A stretch of 64,000 bases of DNA from Bacteroidota bacterium (GTDB lineage: Bacteria; Bacteroidota; Bacteroidia; NS11-12g; UBA9320), in contig JABIUV010000007.1 in assembly GCA_018700895.1 (NCBI GenBank), positions 4,640-68,639 of the forward strand. The letters are read 5' to 3'. The stretch's first letter is position 1; every line of letters begins with the position of its first letter. The position numbers and the translations under genes were made by a program. Shown here piece after piece: positions 46,501 through 57,223 of the stretch. The notes under the pieces were generated by a model. It was not told the origin of the DNA. It saw only the letters and a list, made by a program, of their open reading frames with translations, and did not search any database.

Positions 46501-48393
46501 CTACCCCTCCAACTCACTCAATTCCAGCCACCTATCGCCTTTTTCAGATAATTCAGCTATCACTACACCAAGTCGCTCGGTAGCTTTAGATATAATGTCG
46601 AAATCCGTAGGATTATCGGCAAGTTCGGCCTCAAGGTTCGCTTTTTCTAGTTCTAGGTTTTCTATTTCCTTTTCCAAACTCTCAAACTCGTATTTCTCCT
46701 TAAAGCTCATTTTGGTTTTGGTCACCTCCTTTTCAGCCTTGGCTATCGATGCATCAGCTGCTTCTTTTTTTGCTGCTTTTTTCTCTTGTTTGGCTTGAAT
46801 TTCTTGCTCTATGCGGTACTCGGTATAGCTACCGTTATAGTCACAGATGCTTCCTTGCCCTTCAAATACGAAGATGTGTTCTACTATTCTATCTAAAAAA
46901 TACCTATCGTGACTCACTAGCAGAATACAACCTCCAAAATCGGCCAAGAAAGACTCTAGTTTATTGAGTGTAAGAATATCAAGGTCATTGGTAGGCTCAT
47001 CCAGTATGAGGAAGTTGGGATTCTTCATTAATACCGTGAGTAAGTAAAGCCTCCGTTTCTCTCCTCCACTCAGTTTTTCTACCCGTTGGTTTTGCATCTG
47101 AGGTGGAAACAGAAATAGGTTTAACATCTGACTAGCCGTAACCTTTGCCCCATTGGCAAGCGTTATAACCTCGGCTACGTCTTTCATTACATCAATCACC
47201 CGTTTGCCCGGTTTTAGGTTTTTCATTCCCTCCTGACTGTAATACCCAAACACAACGGTGTCACCACGGTTTATCTTACCACTATCAGCCTCTTCTAGGT
47301 CCATAATCATATTCAGAAAAGTAGACTTTCCACATCCATTTTTTCCAACTATGCCTATGCGTTCACCTTTTTTGAAGGTATAATCAAACCCTTTCAGCAT
47401 CACATTATCATCATACGCCTTATAGAGTTTTTTTATCTCCAGTATCTTACCTCCTATCCGCGACATCTTGACCGATAGTTCTAGGTCTTGTGTTTTCTTA
47501 CCACTTTTAGCCTTGGCTTCGGTATCATAAAAAGACGAGATACGCGACTTACTCTTGGTGGTACGTGCCTTTGGACTACGTCGCATCCACTCTAGTTCGG
47601 TTTTCATCAGTTGCTGAGCCTTGCCTATTTCAGCTGCTTGTGCCGCTTCCATCTCTGCTTTTTTCTCTAAGAAATAAGCGTAGTTCCCACTATAATTCTG
47701 CAGCCTACCATCGGTCATTTCTATGATTTGGTTACAAACTGAATCTAGGAAATACCTATCATGGCTCACCATAAGTATGCTCATATTAGAGTTGCTGAGG
47801 TACTTCTCCAGCCACTCTATCATATCTAAGTCTAAGTGATTGGTAGGCTCATCGAGCATAAGTAAGTCTGGGTTTTGCAGTATCGCAAGACTAATCGCCA
47901 GACGTTTTTTTTGCCCACCACTCAGTGAGCTAATGGGCTGGTCATAGTTGGTGATGGTAAATCTAGTGAGCAGTTCTTTGAGTTTACGCTCAAAGTCCCA
48001 TGCATCGGCTTGGTCCATGGCCAAAGAGGCTTGTTCAAATGCACGTTGGGTCTCCGTATTATAATCTGCCGTTTGAGCTTCGAGCGAAGCCTCATATGCC
48101 CGTATGGTGGCCATAATGTGCGAGCTACTGTGATCTATAAGCTCTTGTATGGTTCCCTCGTCAAAGGTGGGTTCCTGGGGTAAGTAGGCCGATCGTATTC
48201 CTTTACGCAACCGCACAATACCATTATCGGGTTCTTCTACCTGTGCTAAAATTTTCAATAGCGAACTTTTACCCGTTCCGTTATTGGCTACGAGAGCTAT
48301 TTTGTCTCCTTTATTTATGCTTAGGTCCAAATTCTCAAAGAGGATTCTTTCTCCGAGGTCTTTGCTCAGATTTTCGCCGTTTAGGTAGTTCAT
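46501..48393 (-). CDS. ABC-F family ATPase (translation-associated, EttA/Uup-like)
   Basis: Two complete ABC cassettes (GKSSLLK/LSGGQKKR, GKSTFLN/LSGGEKRR) with an inter-domain linker and a C-terminal coiled coil. No TM domain. Confidence 0.9.
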   Translation of the reverse strand: MNYLNGENLSKDLGERILFENLDLSINKGDKIALVANNGTGKSSLLKILAQVEEPDNGIVRLRKGIRSAYLPQEPTFDEGTIQELIDHSSSHIMATIRAYEASLEAQTADYNTETQRAFEQASLAMDQADAWDFERKLKELLTRFTITNYDQPISSLSGGQKKRLAISLAILQNPDLLMLDEPTNHLDLDMIEWLEKYLSNSNMSILMVSHDRYFLDSVCNQIIEMTDGRLQNYSGNYAYFLEKKAEMEAAQAAEIGKAQQLMKTELEWMRRSPKARTTKSKSRISSFYDTEAKAKSGKKTQDLELSVKMSRIGGKILEIKKLYKAYDDNVMLKGFDYTFKKGERIGIVGKNGCGKSTFLNMIMDLEEADSGKINRGDTVVFGYYSQEGMKNLKPGKRVIDVMKDVAEVITLANGAKVTASQMLNLFLFPPQMQNQRVEKLSGGEKRRLYLLTVLMKNPNFLILDEPTNDLDILTLNKLESFLADFGGCILLVSHDRYFLDRIVEHIFVFEGQGSICDYNGSYTEYRIEQEIQAKQEKKAAKKEAADASIAKAEKEVTKTKMSFKEKYEFESLEKEIENLELEKANLEAELADNPTDFDIISKATERLGVVIAELSEKGDRWLELSELEG

Positions 48394-48558
48394 GAATTGC
48401 GGCGGTAAAGGTAGGAAATCTAGTTTTGCCGCCTATCATACAAGTGAAGTTGTTTCAATTTTTCTCTTTGAGATCATAAGTGATGGAAGAAATAAATCTC
48501 TCCCGAAGGTTTAGAACAAAGTAGAAAGTTTAAGCAAAAACTATAAAAGTCCGCCTAC

Positions 48559-49353
48559 CTACTGCTTACTACTAAAAGGGTTTTTCAATCCTTCGGCTTT
48601 GGTAATATCTACCTTCACACTGCCTACGTATATAGCAGCTTCTACACGAACAGGGATTTTATTGGCATCAGCACTTACCCATATCGTCATATCATCCTCG
48701 TCCTTGAACACTCGGTCTACCACTAGCTGTGGGCGTAGCTTATAGCATTCTATTTTACCCAAATCTGTCTTAATAATTTCCTTGCCCAAGTACTTAAATT
48801 GCAAATTGTAGATCTCCTGATCTAGGTATATATCAATAGGGAATAACTGACCAATATCCGCATTTTCATAATCAATAGTGCGAGCATAAAATGTTCCACT
48901 CACTACATCCTGCACGTAAGCGGGCATATCCATACTTTTTTGTTTACCGGTGAGGTATTTTTTCTCGTGGTCATAGTACACCAAATCTTCATCACGGTAA
49001 TTATCCTCCTGCACGTTCTTATAATATTTTAGCGGAGCTATACTCTCCTTGTCTATATAGCTTATGAAATTATCACGTACTCTAAATGCCCAATCAAAGG
49101 TTTTGAACGTTCGGCCATAGGCACTCACCTTGTAAGTTTCGCGTCCCTTTACCATTACGGGTTTGTCATCTACCTTTATACTCACACTCGCCGCGTTTAT
49201 CCAGCCATAGTGCACGCGGTATCTTAACTTTTCGCCGTGAGTAAATGCCTCATTGGTATTAGAGCGTAGCTCCTGATGCTCCATACCCACATTGGTGTAG
49301 GCACTGGTAAGTGTAAGGAGTAAGCCGAGTATAATGGTATGTATGTACTTCAT
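48559..49353 (-). CDS. Secreted DUF3108-like protein
   Basis: Signal peptide, then LRYRVHYGWINAASVSIKVDDK..., as in Bacteroidota DUF3108 proteins. Confidence 0.45.
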   Translation of the reverse strand: MKYIHTIILGLLLTLTSAYTNVGMEHQELRSNTNEAFTHGEKLRYRVHYGWINAASVSIKVDDKPVMVKGRETYKVSAYGRTFKTFDWAFRVRDNFISYIDKESIAPLKYYKNVQEDNYRDEDLVYYDHEKKYLTGKQKSMDMPAYVQDVVSGTFYARTIDYENADIGQLFPIDIYLDQEIYNLQFKYLGKEIIKTDLGKIECYKLRPQLVVDRVFKDEDDMTIWVSADANKIPVRVEAAIYVGSVKVDITKAEGLKNPFSSKQ

Positions 49354-49437
49354 AAGGTAATGTTGCTTTGGCTAGGTAAACCCAAGTAATGTGCCACCTC
49401 ACTGCGAGCTATGATATATTGACACAAAGTTGCTTAT

Positions 49438-50589
49438 TTGCAGGTAATTATACGAATGTACTACTTTAACCCAGGACGTATACTAGCCGTTGCACTATGT
49501 ATGATAGTGTTTACTAATATATACAGTCAATACGAAAATTCTTTTTTTGATAATGATAAATATGAGGAAACGATAGACTCCTCGCACATCCAATTTCATT
49601 TTGACAATATGAGCTATTTCCGTAATGCGGAGTATCTCTCTAGGGTAGACAAAGGCTCCACCTATATTGGATTTCAGGCGATGCCTTATGTACAGTACTC
49701 CTTTAATGACAAAGCTCAAATATATGGTGGTATTAACCTGCGATATGACTTTGGCAATCCAGAAATTCGCAGCATTGAGCCTTATTTCAAATTCACGTAT
49801 AACGATGTACTAAAACACAATATCGTATTTGGAAGTTTGAATGGCACTCTACAGCACGGAATGATAGAACCACTGTATGACTACGAGAAGGTAATCACAG
49901 ACCGTTTTGAACAAGGGCTTCAAATCACCAAACCCGGCAAAGTGCTCAGCTACGATATGTGGATAGACTGGCACGATATGATATACTATGACGATCCAAA
50001 AAACGAGCGTTTCGTAGCCGGGTATAACGTATACCTGAATCCCATAAACAATGAAAAAAATAAACTAAGCCTCAATGCTCAAGGAATAACGGTGCACAGT
50101 GCGGGCGAAATAGACGTAAATAGCTCACCCAATTCGGTGGAGTATAACTTTACCTACGGCTTGGAATACACGCATTTCTTTAACGAGCATACCAATCTAT
50201 ATCTTGCAGGACACGCCGCTTTTTACGAAGATAGAAGTAACAGCAAAGTACACGGAATAGCTGATGGTGTAGGGCAATTGGGCGTATTACGTGTTACGCA
50301 CAAAGATTATCAGTTTGTGCTCAACTATTGGGATAGTCACCAGTACCAAGGTCCGTGGGGAGAGCAATTGTATCACTCCACAGGTATTAAAAGCTTCCCA
50401 ATAATGTATGACTACCGCAAAATAATAGGTGCACGAGTAGGTTACGAAGTAACTATTGGCAATAATCTCGTATTTTTAAACAGATTAGGGTTTAACTACA
50501 ATGTGCATCCCAATAAGTTAGACATCACCATGGAAAACTATCTACGCTGGCATTTTAGAGGAAAAAAGAAGAAGGTGACGATGTATTAG
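49438..50589 (+). CDS. Hypothetical secreted or outer-membrane protein
   Basis: N-terminal hydrophobic segment. Aromatic-rich, beta-rich composition with a C-terminal aromatic residue pattern. No family recognised. Confidence 0.4.
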   Translation: MQVIIRMYYFNPGRILAVALCMIVFTNIYSQYENSFFDNDKYEETIDSSHIQFHFDNMSYFRNAEYLSRVDKGSTYIGFQAMPYVQYSFNDKAQIYGGINLRYDFGNPEIRSIEPYFKFTYNDVLKHNIVFGSLNGTLQHGMIEPLYDYEKVITDRFEQGLQITKPGKVLSYDMWIDWHDMIYYDDPKNERFVAGYNVYLNPINNEKNKLSLNAQGITVHSAGEIDVNSSPNSVEYNFTYGLEYTHFFNEHTNLYLAGHAAFYEDRSNSKVHGIADGVGQLGVLRVTHKDYQFVLNYWDSHQYQGPWGEQLYHSTGIKSFPIMYDYRKIIGARVGYEVTIGNNLVFLNRLGFNYNVHPNKLDITMENYLRWHFRGKKKKVTMY

Positions 50590-50669
50590 CGTGTAGCTTA
50601 CATTATTACATTGATGGCTATGCTTTCATAAAGCAGATGCTTGATCCACAAATATTTGGCAGCAAAATC

Positions 50670-50795
50670 CTAGCGATTCGGGCAATCACAGTTTTTACTC
50701 GGCCCTTTGTACTTATAGCGTTTGTTGCTTTTGCAGCTATCAAATACTAAAATAAGACTCAAACCCAATAGCATGATGGCAAATGTTTTTTTCAT
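50670..50795 (-). CDS. Candidate small lipoprotein, 41 aa, not in the ORF track
   Basis: MKKTFAIMLLGLSLILVFDSCKSNKRYKYKGPSKNCDCPNR: lipoprotein signal with lipobox FDSC, in an otherwise empty 265-bp intergenic region. Confidence 0.3.
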   Translation of the reverse strand: MKKTFAIMLLGLSLILVFDSCKSNKRYKYKGPSKNCDCPNR

Positions 50796-50855
50796 TGTTG
50801 GCACGAAGATATAACGATAGATGTAACAAGATAGTACTTTTGCCCACCTAAGCGT

Positions 50856-51809
50856 ATGAAAGAAACACTGAAAATAATGCTCAAGGGAGCCGCAATGGGC
50901 GTAGCCGAGGTGATACCTGGCGTATCTGGCGGCACACTAGCATTCATCACTGGAATCTATGAGCGACTACTCGCAGCCATTAGCAATATGAACATAAGTC
51001 TGTTCAAAACTTGGAAAGACGAAGGCTTCAAAGCCGTATGGCAAAAAATAGATGGCCTATTCTTAGCGAAACTATTAGCTGGAATGGCGGTAGGGTTTTT
51101 AATAGGGCTAAAATTGGTAGTACGCCTACTCGAAAGTCATCCAGTCCATATCTGGAGTTTTTTCTTCGGACTCATATTAGCTTCTATACCGCTTATCGGT
51201 AAACAAGTGAAGAAATGGGGTGGACTAGAAATCGTATTATTAATACTCGGAGCTGGATTAGTATATTGGATTACCATAGCAGCTCCTAGCCAGGGGAGTG
51301 AGCACTTATTGCTTGTATTTTTGGCAGGAATCATAGGTGTTTCGGCACTTATGCTACCCGGATTATCTGGCAGTTTCGTACTTCTTTTACTGGGCATGTA
51401 CACCATCATTATGCCAGCCATAGAGGAATTTACGCATCATCCACTAGGACCAGAAACGCTTATCGTTATCGCATTTGGGCTCGGTATGGTGGTGGGTCTG
51501 CTCACCTTTGCTAAGGTACTGAGCTACACGTTTAAAAAATATCCAAATCCTACCTTAGCACTACTTACCGGTTTTCTTATCGGCTCGCTCAATAAGGTAT
51601 GGCCGTGGCAGCAAGTAACCGAAACTCGCATGAATAGTAAAGGACTTGAGGTAGTCAAATTCTCAGATAGCGTCCTACCTAGCACCTTCTCTGAGTTGGA
51701 CAGTAACTTTCTGTATGGTAATGAACCTCACTTGATTTTTGCACTAGTCATTTTGGTTGTTGCTTTTGTGTTGGTTTATTTGCTAGACAAATTTAGTCTA
51801 GAGGAATGA
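50856..51809 (+). CDS. DUF368-family integral membrane protein
   Basis: N-terminal GVAEVIPGVSGGTLAFITGIYERLL and a repeated LPGLSGSF motif typical of DUF368. Confidence 0.8.
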   Translation: MKETLKIMLKGAAMGVAEVIPGVSGGTLAFITGIYERLLAAISNMNISLFKTWKDEGFKAVWQKIDGLFLAKLLAGMAVGFLIGLKLVVRLLESHPVHIWSFFFGLILASIPLIGKQVKKWGGLEIVLLILGAGLVYWITIAAPSQGSEHLLLVFLAGIIGVSALMLPGLSGSFVLLLLGMYTIIMPAIEEFTHHPLGPETLIVIAFGLGMVVGLLTFAKVLSYTFKKYPNPTLALLTGFLIGSLNKVWPWQQVTETRMNSKGLEVVKFSDSVLPSTFSELDSNFLYGNEPHLIFALVILVVAFVLVYLLDKFSLEE

Positions 51810-52531
51810 CCAAGTACGGCCTCATCGGCTATCCTGCCAAATACTCTTTCTCACCAGCATACTTTGCTCAAAAATTTGAGGATTTAGGTATTTTAGATTG
51901 CGAATACCATATTTACGAGTTGCAAGATATTAATGATATTCATCCACTCGTACATAGCGAGCAGCTCGCAGGATTCAATGTTACCATACCACACAAACAG
52001 GCCATCATTCCTCATTTAGACTACATAAGTGAGGCGGCTGTTAAGATAAACGCAGTAAATACAGTTTCGGTCATTGGAGGAAAATTACACGGAGACAATA
52101 CCGACTATATTGGTTTTAGAAATAGTGCACAATATGCTCTCCCTCCTCATACCAAAAAAGCATTGATATTTGGCACAGGAGGCAGCAGCCTTGCAGTCAA
52201 ATTTGCCCTCCGGCAAATGGGAATTCAGTATGCTTCTGTTTCACGAGGTGATCACGCAGAGTTCACCTATGAATCACTTACGGCTGGTGATATTCAAAAT
52301 CACTCCCTACTCATAAATACCACGCCGCTAGGTATGCACCCTAATTCAGAATCGTGTGTGAACATACCATACAACCATATTACCACGAAGCACTTATGTT
52401 ATGACTTAGTCTATCGCCCTGATATGACGACATTTATGGCTAAGTGCAAAGCTCAAGGAGCAACAGTCATCGGCGGTCTCAAAATGCTCGAAATACAAGC
52501 CGATAAAGCTTGGGATATTTGGAATAAATAA
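51806..52531 (+). CDS. aroE: Shikimate dehydrogenase
   Basis: YGLIGYPAKYSFSPAYFAQKF N-terminus, NVTIPHK, and an NADP-binding GTGGSS. 4-nt overlap with the DUF368 gene. Confidence 0.85.
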   Translation: MTKYGLIGYPAKYSFSPAYFAQKFEDLGILDCEYHIYELQDINDIHPLVHSEQLAGFNVTIPHKQAIIPHLDYISEAAVKINAVNTVSVIGGKLHGDNTDYIGFRNSAQYALPPHTKKALIFGTGGSSLAVKFALRQMGIQYASVSRGDHAEFTYESLTAGDIQNHSLLINTTPLGMHPNSESCVNIPYNHITTKHLCYDLVYRPDMTTFMAKCKAQGATVIGGLKMLEIQADKAWDIWNK

Positions 52532-52579
52532 CGCTCATTTTTACAACTTCATAAAAAATTGTACCTTGCATCTCCAATC

Positions 52580-53134
52580 ATGAAAAAAATAATTATCTTT
52601 TTGTCTTTAAGCTTATTCGTAATTAGCACTCAAAGTTGCAAAAAACCACCTCTTCCACAGCCAGAAGAGGAGAATACAGGAACAACTTCCGAAGGCGGAA
52701 ACGAAGAAGAGGAAGAAGTACTACCAAGTCCCTTCGCTGGCACGTGGGATTATACTAAGATAGAACTTACCAATGGCGAGTTAGAAATTATGAATAACGT
52801 CCTTGGTACTTTCGAAGGCTCTGGATCCGAGATAAGCGGCGAATTAGTAATAACAGAAAACCCCAACAGATACACAACGTCACTTGCATTTACTGCAGAT
52901 ATATCGGTTTTTAATCAACAACAAAGCTTACCTGTAGACCGCAAAAACTCCTCGGGCACTTGGACAGAAGCAAACGGTGAGATCACCTTGAAAGATGACA
53001 ATGGCAATGATGTTGGCGTAATATCAAGTACTTCATCTAAGATTGTATTCACTGGTGAGTTTACCGAACAAATAGACGCTCAGTTTGGTAGTATAGATGC
53101 CACTTCAGACGTTATATTTACCGTAGAAAAATAA
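52580..53134 (+). CDS. Hypothetical lipoprotein with an acidic linker (lipocalin-like size); start re-called at MKKIIIFL
   Basis: Lipobox STQSC followed by an EEENTGTTSEGGNEEEEE linker. Confidence 0.45.
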   Translation: MKKIIIFLSLSLFVISTQSCKKPPLPQPEEENTGTTSEGGNEEEEEVLPSPFAGTWDYTKIELTNGELEIMNNVLGTFEGSGSEISGELVITENPNRYTTSLAFTADISVFNQQQSLPVDRKNSSGTWTEANGEITLKDDNGNDVGVISSTSSKIVFTGEFTEQIDAQFGSIDATSDVIFTVEK

Positions 53135-53156
53135 GTCTTTAATAGACTGAATATCT

Positions 53157-54260
53157 CTAGTATAGAGTTTCGTAAAGCGGAAGTATGTTTTCTAGCTTAT
53201 ACTTTAGTGAATGCTTCTTTGCTTGCCTTTTAAACTGTTGTAGATTTTCATCTTTTAGTATGTGCAAAGCATCGGAGGCCATCTTGGCCACATCACCTAT
53301 ATCACTGGTGTAGCCCGTTAATCCATCTATATTCACCTCCGGAAGTCCACCGGTATTCGTACTCACTACAGGTACTTCGCACGCCATGGCTTCTAACGCT
53401 GCAAGACCAAAACTCTCTGTTTCCGATGGGATTAAAAACAAATCAGCAATACTCAAAATTTCCTCTACGGCCTCTTGCTTTCCTAAAAAGGTAACGCCAT
53501 CGCAATACTCACAATTACGACATTGATCCTCCACCTTAGTACGTTCAGGCCCATCGCCTATTAGCAATAATTTAGCTGGCGTTTCGGCTGCTACGCGTTT
53601 ATAAATCTCCACTACATCTGGAACACGCTTCACTTTTCTAAAGTTAGAAGTATGAACCAATATTTTTTCGTTGTTTGGGGCTATTACTTTCTTAAAATGA
53701 TCTTTGGGCTGCTTATTGAATCGTTCGAAATCTATGAAGTTTGGAATCACGCTAATATCGCCATCATAACTAAAATTATCGTACGTATCCTGCTTCAAAC
53801 TCTCGGACACAGCAGTCACCACGTCACTCTCAAACAATGAATAGCTCACCACCGGTTCGTAACTATGGTCTTTGCCCACTAGTGTAATATCCGTACCGTG
53901 AAGAGTAGTTACGATCTTCAGCTTAATTCCTTCTCTAGCCAAAATATGCTTTGCAGTAACCGCAGCCGCAGCGTGTGGTATGGCATAGTGTACATGTAGA
54001 ATGTCCAATTTATAGGCTTTTACCACATCTACAATTTTACTGGTAAGAGCTATCTCGTAGGGTGCAAATTTGAACAATGGGTAATTATTAAAACTAACCT
54101 CGTGGTAAAACAAATTTTGATTAAAAACATCTAAACGAGCAGGTTGGTCGTATGAGATAAAATGAACTGAATGACCTTTGTCCGCTAAGGCCTTCCCCAG
54201 CTCAGTTGCTACTACACCACTACCGCCAAAGGTAGGATAACATACTATTCCAATATTCAT
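53157..54260 (-). CDS. bshA: N-acetyl-alpha-D-glucosaminyl L-malate synthase BshA (GT4); start re-called at MNIGIVCYP
   Basis: MNIGIVCYPTFGGSGVVATELGKALADKGHSVHFISYDQP matches the BshA N-terminal consensus closely. GT4 EX7E region present. Confidence 0.8.
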   Translation of the reverse strand: MNIGIVCYPTFGGSGVVATELGKALADKGHSVHFISYDQPARLDVFNQNLFYHEVSFNNYPLFKFAPYEIALTSKIVDVVKAYKLDILHVHYAIPHAAAAVTAKHILAREGIKLKIVTTLHGTDITLVGKDHSYEPVVSYSLFESDVVTAVSESLKQDTYDNFSYDGDISVIPNFIDFERFNKQPKDHFKKVIAPNNEKILVHTSNFRKVKRVPDVVEIYKRVAAETPAKLLLIGDGPERTKVEDQCRNCEYCDGVTFLGKQEAVEEILSIADLFLIPSETESFGLAALEAMACEVPVVSTNTGGLPEVNIDGLTGYTSDIGDVAKMASDALHILKDENLQQFKRQAKKHSLKYKLENILPLYETLY

Positions 54261-54333
54261 ACTTAATAAGTGTACAAATATGGATGTATTAAAGTTTGAA
54301 CCTAACATATAATCTGTTAGAAGTTTTTGCTAT

Positions 54334-57003
54334 CTAAAATAAATTAGGTCCTAACCACTTTTTAGTAGCAGCCAAGTCCGCTTGCTTTCGTTCTGCGTAG
54401 TCCTTTACTTGATCTTCGGATATTTTGCCTACGGCAAAATACTTGCTATCCGGGTGCGAAAAATATAAACCAGAAACAGATGCCGCAGGATACATCGCAA
54501 AGCTATCTGTAAGGCTGATACCCGTATGCTCCTCTACGCTCAGCAATTTCCAAAGTTTGGCTTTCTCTGTATGGTCTGGGCTAGCGGGGTATCCAGCTGC
54601 TGGTCGTATACCTTGATATTTTTCTCTGATGAGTTCGTCATTGGTAAGTTGCTCATCGGCAGTATAACCCCATAGTGATGTTCGCACCTCGTGGTGCAAG
54701 CACTCCGCAAAAGCCTCTGCCAGTCTATCGGCCAATGCTTTTACCATTATAGAGTTATAATCATCGTGGTCTGCCTCATATTGTTCCGCCATTTTCTCTA
54801 TGCCTATGCCAGCAGTCACAGCAAATGCCCCCAGATAATCCTGTTTACCTGTGCTTTGTGGTGCCACATAATCTGCTAAAGATATATTTGGGATACCACT
54901 CCCCATTTTTCGCTGCTGACGAAGAAAATTAAACGTAACATTTTCTTTACTCAAGTATACATCTCCATTCACTTCATTTGCTTCAAAGATTCCGACTATG
55001 GCTTTTGCTTGTAGTTTCTTATTGGCAATAATATCATCTAGCATTTCTTGAGCATCCTTAAAGAGTTTTTTAGCCTCTTCACCCACATACTCATCCTCAA
55101 ATATTTTGGGGTACCGGCCACGCAATTCCCACGTCTGAAAAAATGGTGTCCAGTCGATGTATTTACGTAGTATTTCTAAATCAAAATCATCATACACCTT
55201 CACTCCCAAGTTTGCCGGTGCTGGAGGCGTATAATCATCCCAAACAAGAGTCAACTTATTATCCAACGCTTGCTGATAGGTTAGGATATTTTTATCTGCC
55301 TGCCGAGCGGCGTGTTGCGTTGCCAGTTCGGCATACTCTGCTTTTATATCCGCTTCAAATTTTCCTCTGGTATTTTCACCTATGAGCTGTCCTGCTACCG
55401 GTACTGAGCGTGATGCATCTAGTACATGTACCACCGGACCACTGTAATTTGGAGCTACTTTTACGGCCGTGTGAACTCTACTCGTAGTAGCTCCTCCTAT
55501 AAGTAAGGGCAGTTTTATACCTCTTCGCTCCATTTCGCTAGCTACATCCACCATCTCATCAAGACTTGGGGTTATCAATCCACTCAGCCCAATGACGTCC
55601 ACTTTGTGCTTTATTGCTTCATCCAATATTTTGGCTGTTGGCACCATAACACCTAGGTCTACTATCGCGTAATTATTACACGCCAATACAACACCTACTA
55701 TATTTTTACCTATGTCGTGTACATCTCCCTTCACAGTCGCTAGGAGTATTTTACCTTGTGTTTGTCCCTCACTTTTCTCGGCTTCTAAATAAGGTTGCAA
55801 GTACGCGACCGATTTTTTCATCACCCTTGCACTCTTTACTACCTGAGGCAGGAACATCTTACCTGCACCAAATAAGTCTCCTACCACATTCATACCCGCC
55901 ATGAGTGGTCCCTCTATGACGTGAAGCGGCTTATCGTGTTGTTGTCTAGCCTCCTCTGTATCTTGGTCTATGTACTCCGTTATTCCTTTTATGAGTGAGT
56001 GCTTGAGTCGCTCGGCTACAGGCTGCTCTCGCCAACTGAGATCTACTTCTATCTTCTTACCATCGCCTTTTACCGTTTCTGCAAGTTCTACCAAGCGCTC
56101 TGTGCCATCCTCTCTCCTATTTAGCAATACATCTTCTACCGCCACCAAAAGCTCCTTAGGAATCTCCTCGTACACTTCTATCATACCAGCATTTACTATC
56201 CCCATATCAAGGCCCGCTTTTATCGCGTGATATAAAAAGGCCGAATGCATAGCCTCTCTCACTACATTGTTGCCTCTAAATGAGAATGAAATATTACTTA
56301 CTCCGCCACTTACTTTGGCATACGGAAGATTTTCCTTGATCCAACGTGTGGCATTGATAAAATCTACCGCGTAGTTATTGTGCTCTTCTATTCCAGTGGC
56401 TACGGTTAATATATTCGGGTCAAAAATGATATCTTGAGGTGGAAAATTGACCTCATTTACAAGGATATCATAACTCCTTTGGCAAATGTCTATCCGTTTT
56501 TGGTAAGAGTCTGCTTGCCCCTTTTCGTCAAAAGCCATGACCACCGTAGCAGCACCGTAACGTTTGATTAGCTTAGCTCGCTCTCTGAATGCTTCTTCAC
56601 CATCTTTGAGACTTATCGAATTTACAATCCCCTTTCCCTGTATGGCTTTTAATCCTGCTTCTATGATTTCCCATTTACTTGAGTCTATCATTACCGGCAC
56701 ACGGCTTATGTCTGGCTCTGCGGCTATAAGATTTAGGAACTTTACCATGGCTTCTTTACCATCGAGCATTCCTTCATCCATATTGATATCTATGACTTGA
56801 GCCCCGTTTTCTACCTGTTGCCTAGCCACGTCTAAAGCCTCGTCATATAGATTATTGAGTATTAATCGAGCAAATTTCTTAGAACCCGTTACGTTGGTGC
56901 GTTCTCCTATATTGATAAAATTAATATTAGGTGTTTGTACCATTGGCTCCAGACCACTCAATCGAAGGTGATTTTCTATCTTTTTTGTCATAGATAATAG
57001 CAT
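54334..57003 (-). CDS. metH: Cobalamin-dependent methionine synthase MetH, split form lacking the homocysteine-binding domain (pterin-binding + B12-binding + AdoMet-activation domains only)
   Basis: Begins at the pterin-binding domain ([19 protein letters not shown]). B12-binding [10 protein letters not shown]...GLSGLIT. Activation domain at the C-terminus. 889 aa, against about 1230 for full-length MetH. Confidence 0.9.
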   Translation of the reverse strand: MLLSMTKKIENHLRLSGLEPMVQTPNINFINIGERTNVTGSKKFARLILNNLYDEALDVARQQVENGAQVIDINMDEGMLDGKEAMVKFLNLIAAEPDISRVPVMIDSSKWEIIEAGLKAIQGKGIVNSISLKDGEEAFRERAKLIKRYGAATVVMAFDEKGQADSYQKRIDICQRSYDILVNEVNFPPQDIIFDPNILTVATGIEEHNNYAVDFINATRWIKENLPYAKVSGGVSNISFSFRGNNVVREAMHSAFLYHAIKAGLDMGIVNAGMIEVYEEIPKELLVAVEDVLLNRREDGTERLVELAETVKGDGKKIEVDLSWREQPVAERLKHSLIKGITEYIDQDTEEARQQHDKPLHVIEGPLMAGMNVVGDLFGAGKMFLPQVVKSARVMKKSVAYLQPYLEAEKSEGQTQGKILLATVKGDVHDIGKNIVGVVLACNNYAIVDLGVMVPTAKILDEAIKHKVDVIGLSGLITPSLDEMVDVASEMERRGIKLPLLIGGATTSRVHTAVKVAPNYSGPVVHVLDASRSVPVAGQLIGENTRGKFEADIKAEYAELATQHAARQADKNILTYQQALDNKLTLVWDDYTPPAPANLGVKVYDDFDLEILRKYIDWTPFFQTWELRGRYPKIFEDEYVGEEAKKLFKDAQEMLDDIIANKKLQAKAIVGIFEANEVNGDVYLSKENVTFNFLRQQRKMGSGIPNISLADYVAPQSTGKQDYLGAFAVTAGIGIEKMAEQYEADHDDYNSIMVKALADRLAEAFAECLHHEVRTSLWGYTADEQLTNDELIREKYQGIRPAAGYPASPDHTEKAKLWKLLSVEEHTGISLTDSFAMYPAASVSGLYFSHPDSKYFAVGKISEDQVKDYAERKQADLAATKKWLGPNLF

Positions 57004-57025
57004 AGGAGTGATTAGGTTTTCAGAA

Positions 57026-57137
57026 GCTTATCTGTTTCGCCTCGGCGAATAGGATTTAGCACCTTGGCTCTGTAGATGACAGGTTTCCGGTTGCTAAGAC
57101 TTCCGTGGGCCTAATCCCTCAGTCTTTCTTTATAAGC
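57026..57137 (-). ncRNA. SAM-I (S-box) riboswitch in the metH 5' leader
   Basis: Minus-strand read: GCUUAUAAAGAAAGACUGAGGGAUUAGGCCCACGGAAGUCUUAGCAACCGGAAACCUGUCAUCUACAGAGCCAAGGUGCUAAAUCCUAUUCGCCGAGGCGAAACAGAUAAGC. P1 is GCUUAU/AUAAGC. Conserved GAGGGA, GGCCC, GCAACC and AAGGUGCUAAAUCC blocks are in canonical order. A Bacteroidota-type -7 box TAccTTTG (plus-strand 57142-57149) sits just upstream, and the metH ATG is about 22 nt downstream. Confidence 0.85.
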
Positions 57138-57163
57138 GATGCAAAGGTATTTAATATTCGCCC

Positions 57164-57201
57164 ATAAAAAAACCCGCAACTTGTATCAAGTTGCGGGTTT
57201 T
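57164..57201 (-). terminator. Strong rho-independent terminator after the 2019-aa gene
   Basis: Perfect 11-bp stem CCCGCAACTTG/CAAGTTGCGGG with a 3-nt loop, followed by UUUUUUU on the minus strand. Flanked by an A-run, so also weakly bidirectional. Confidence 0.8.
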
Positions 57202-57223
57202 GATTAATCGTAAGTGCGTGGAT

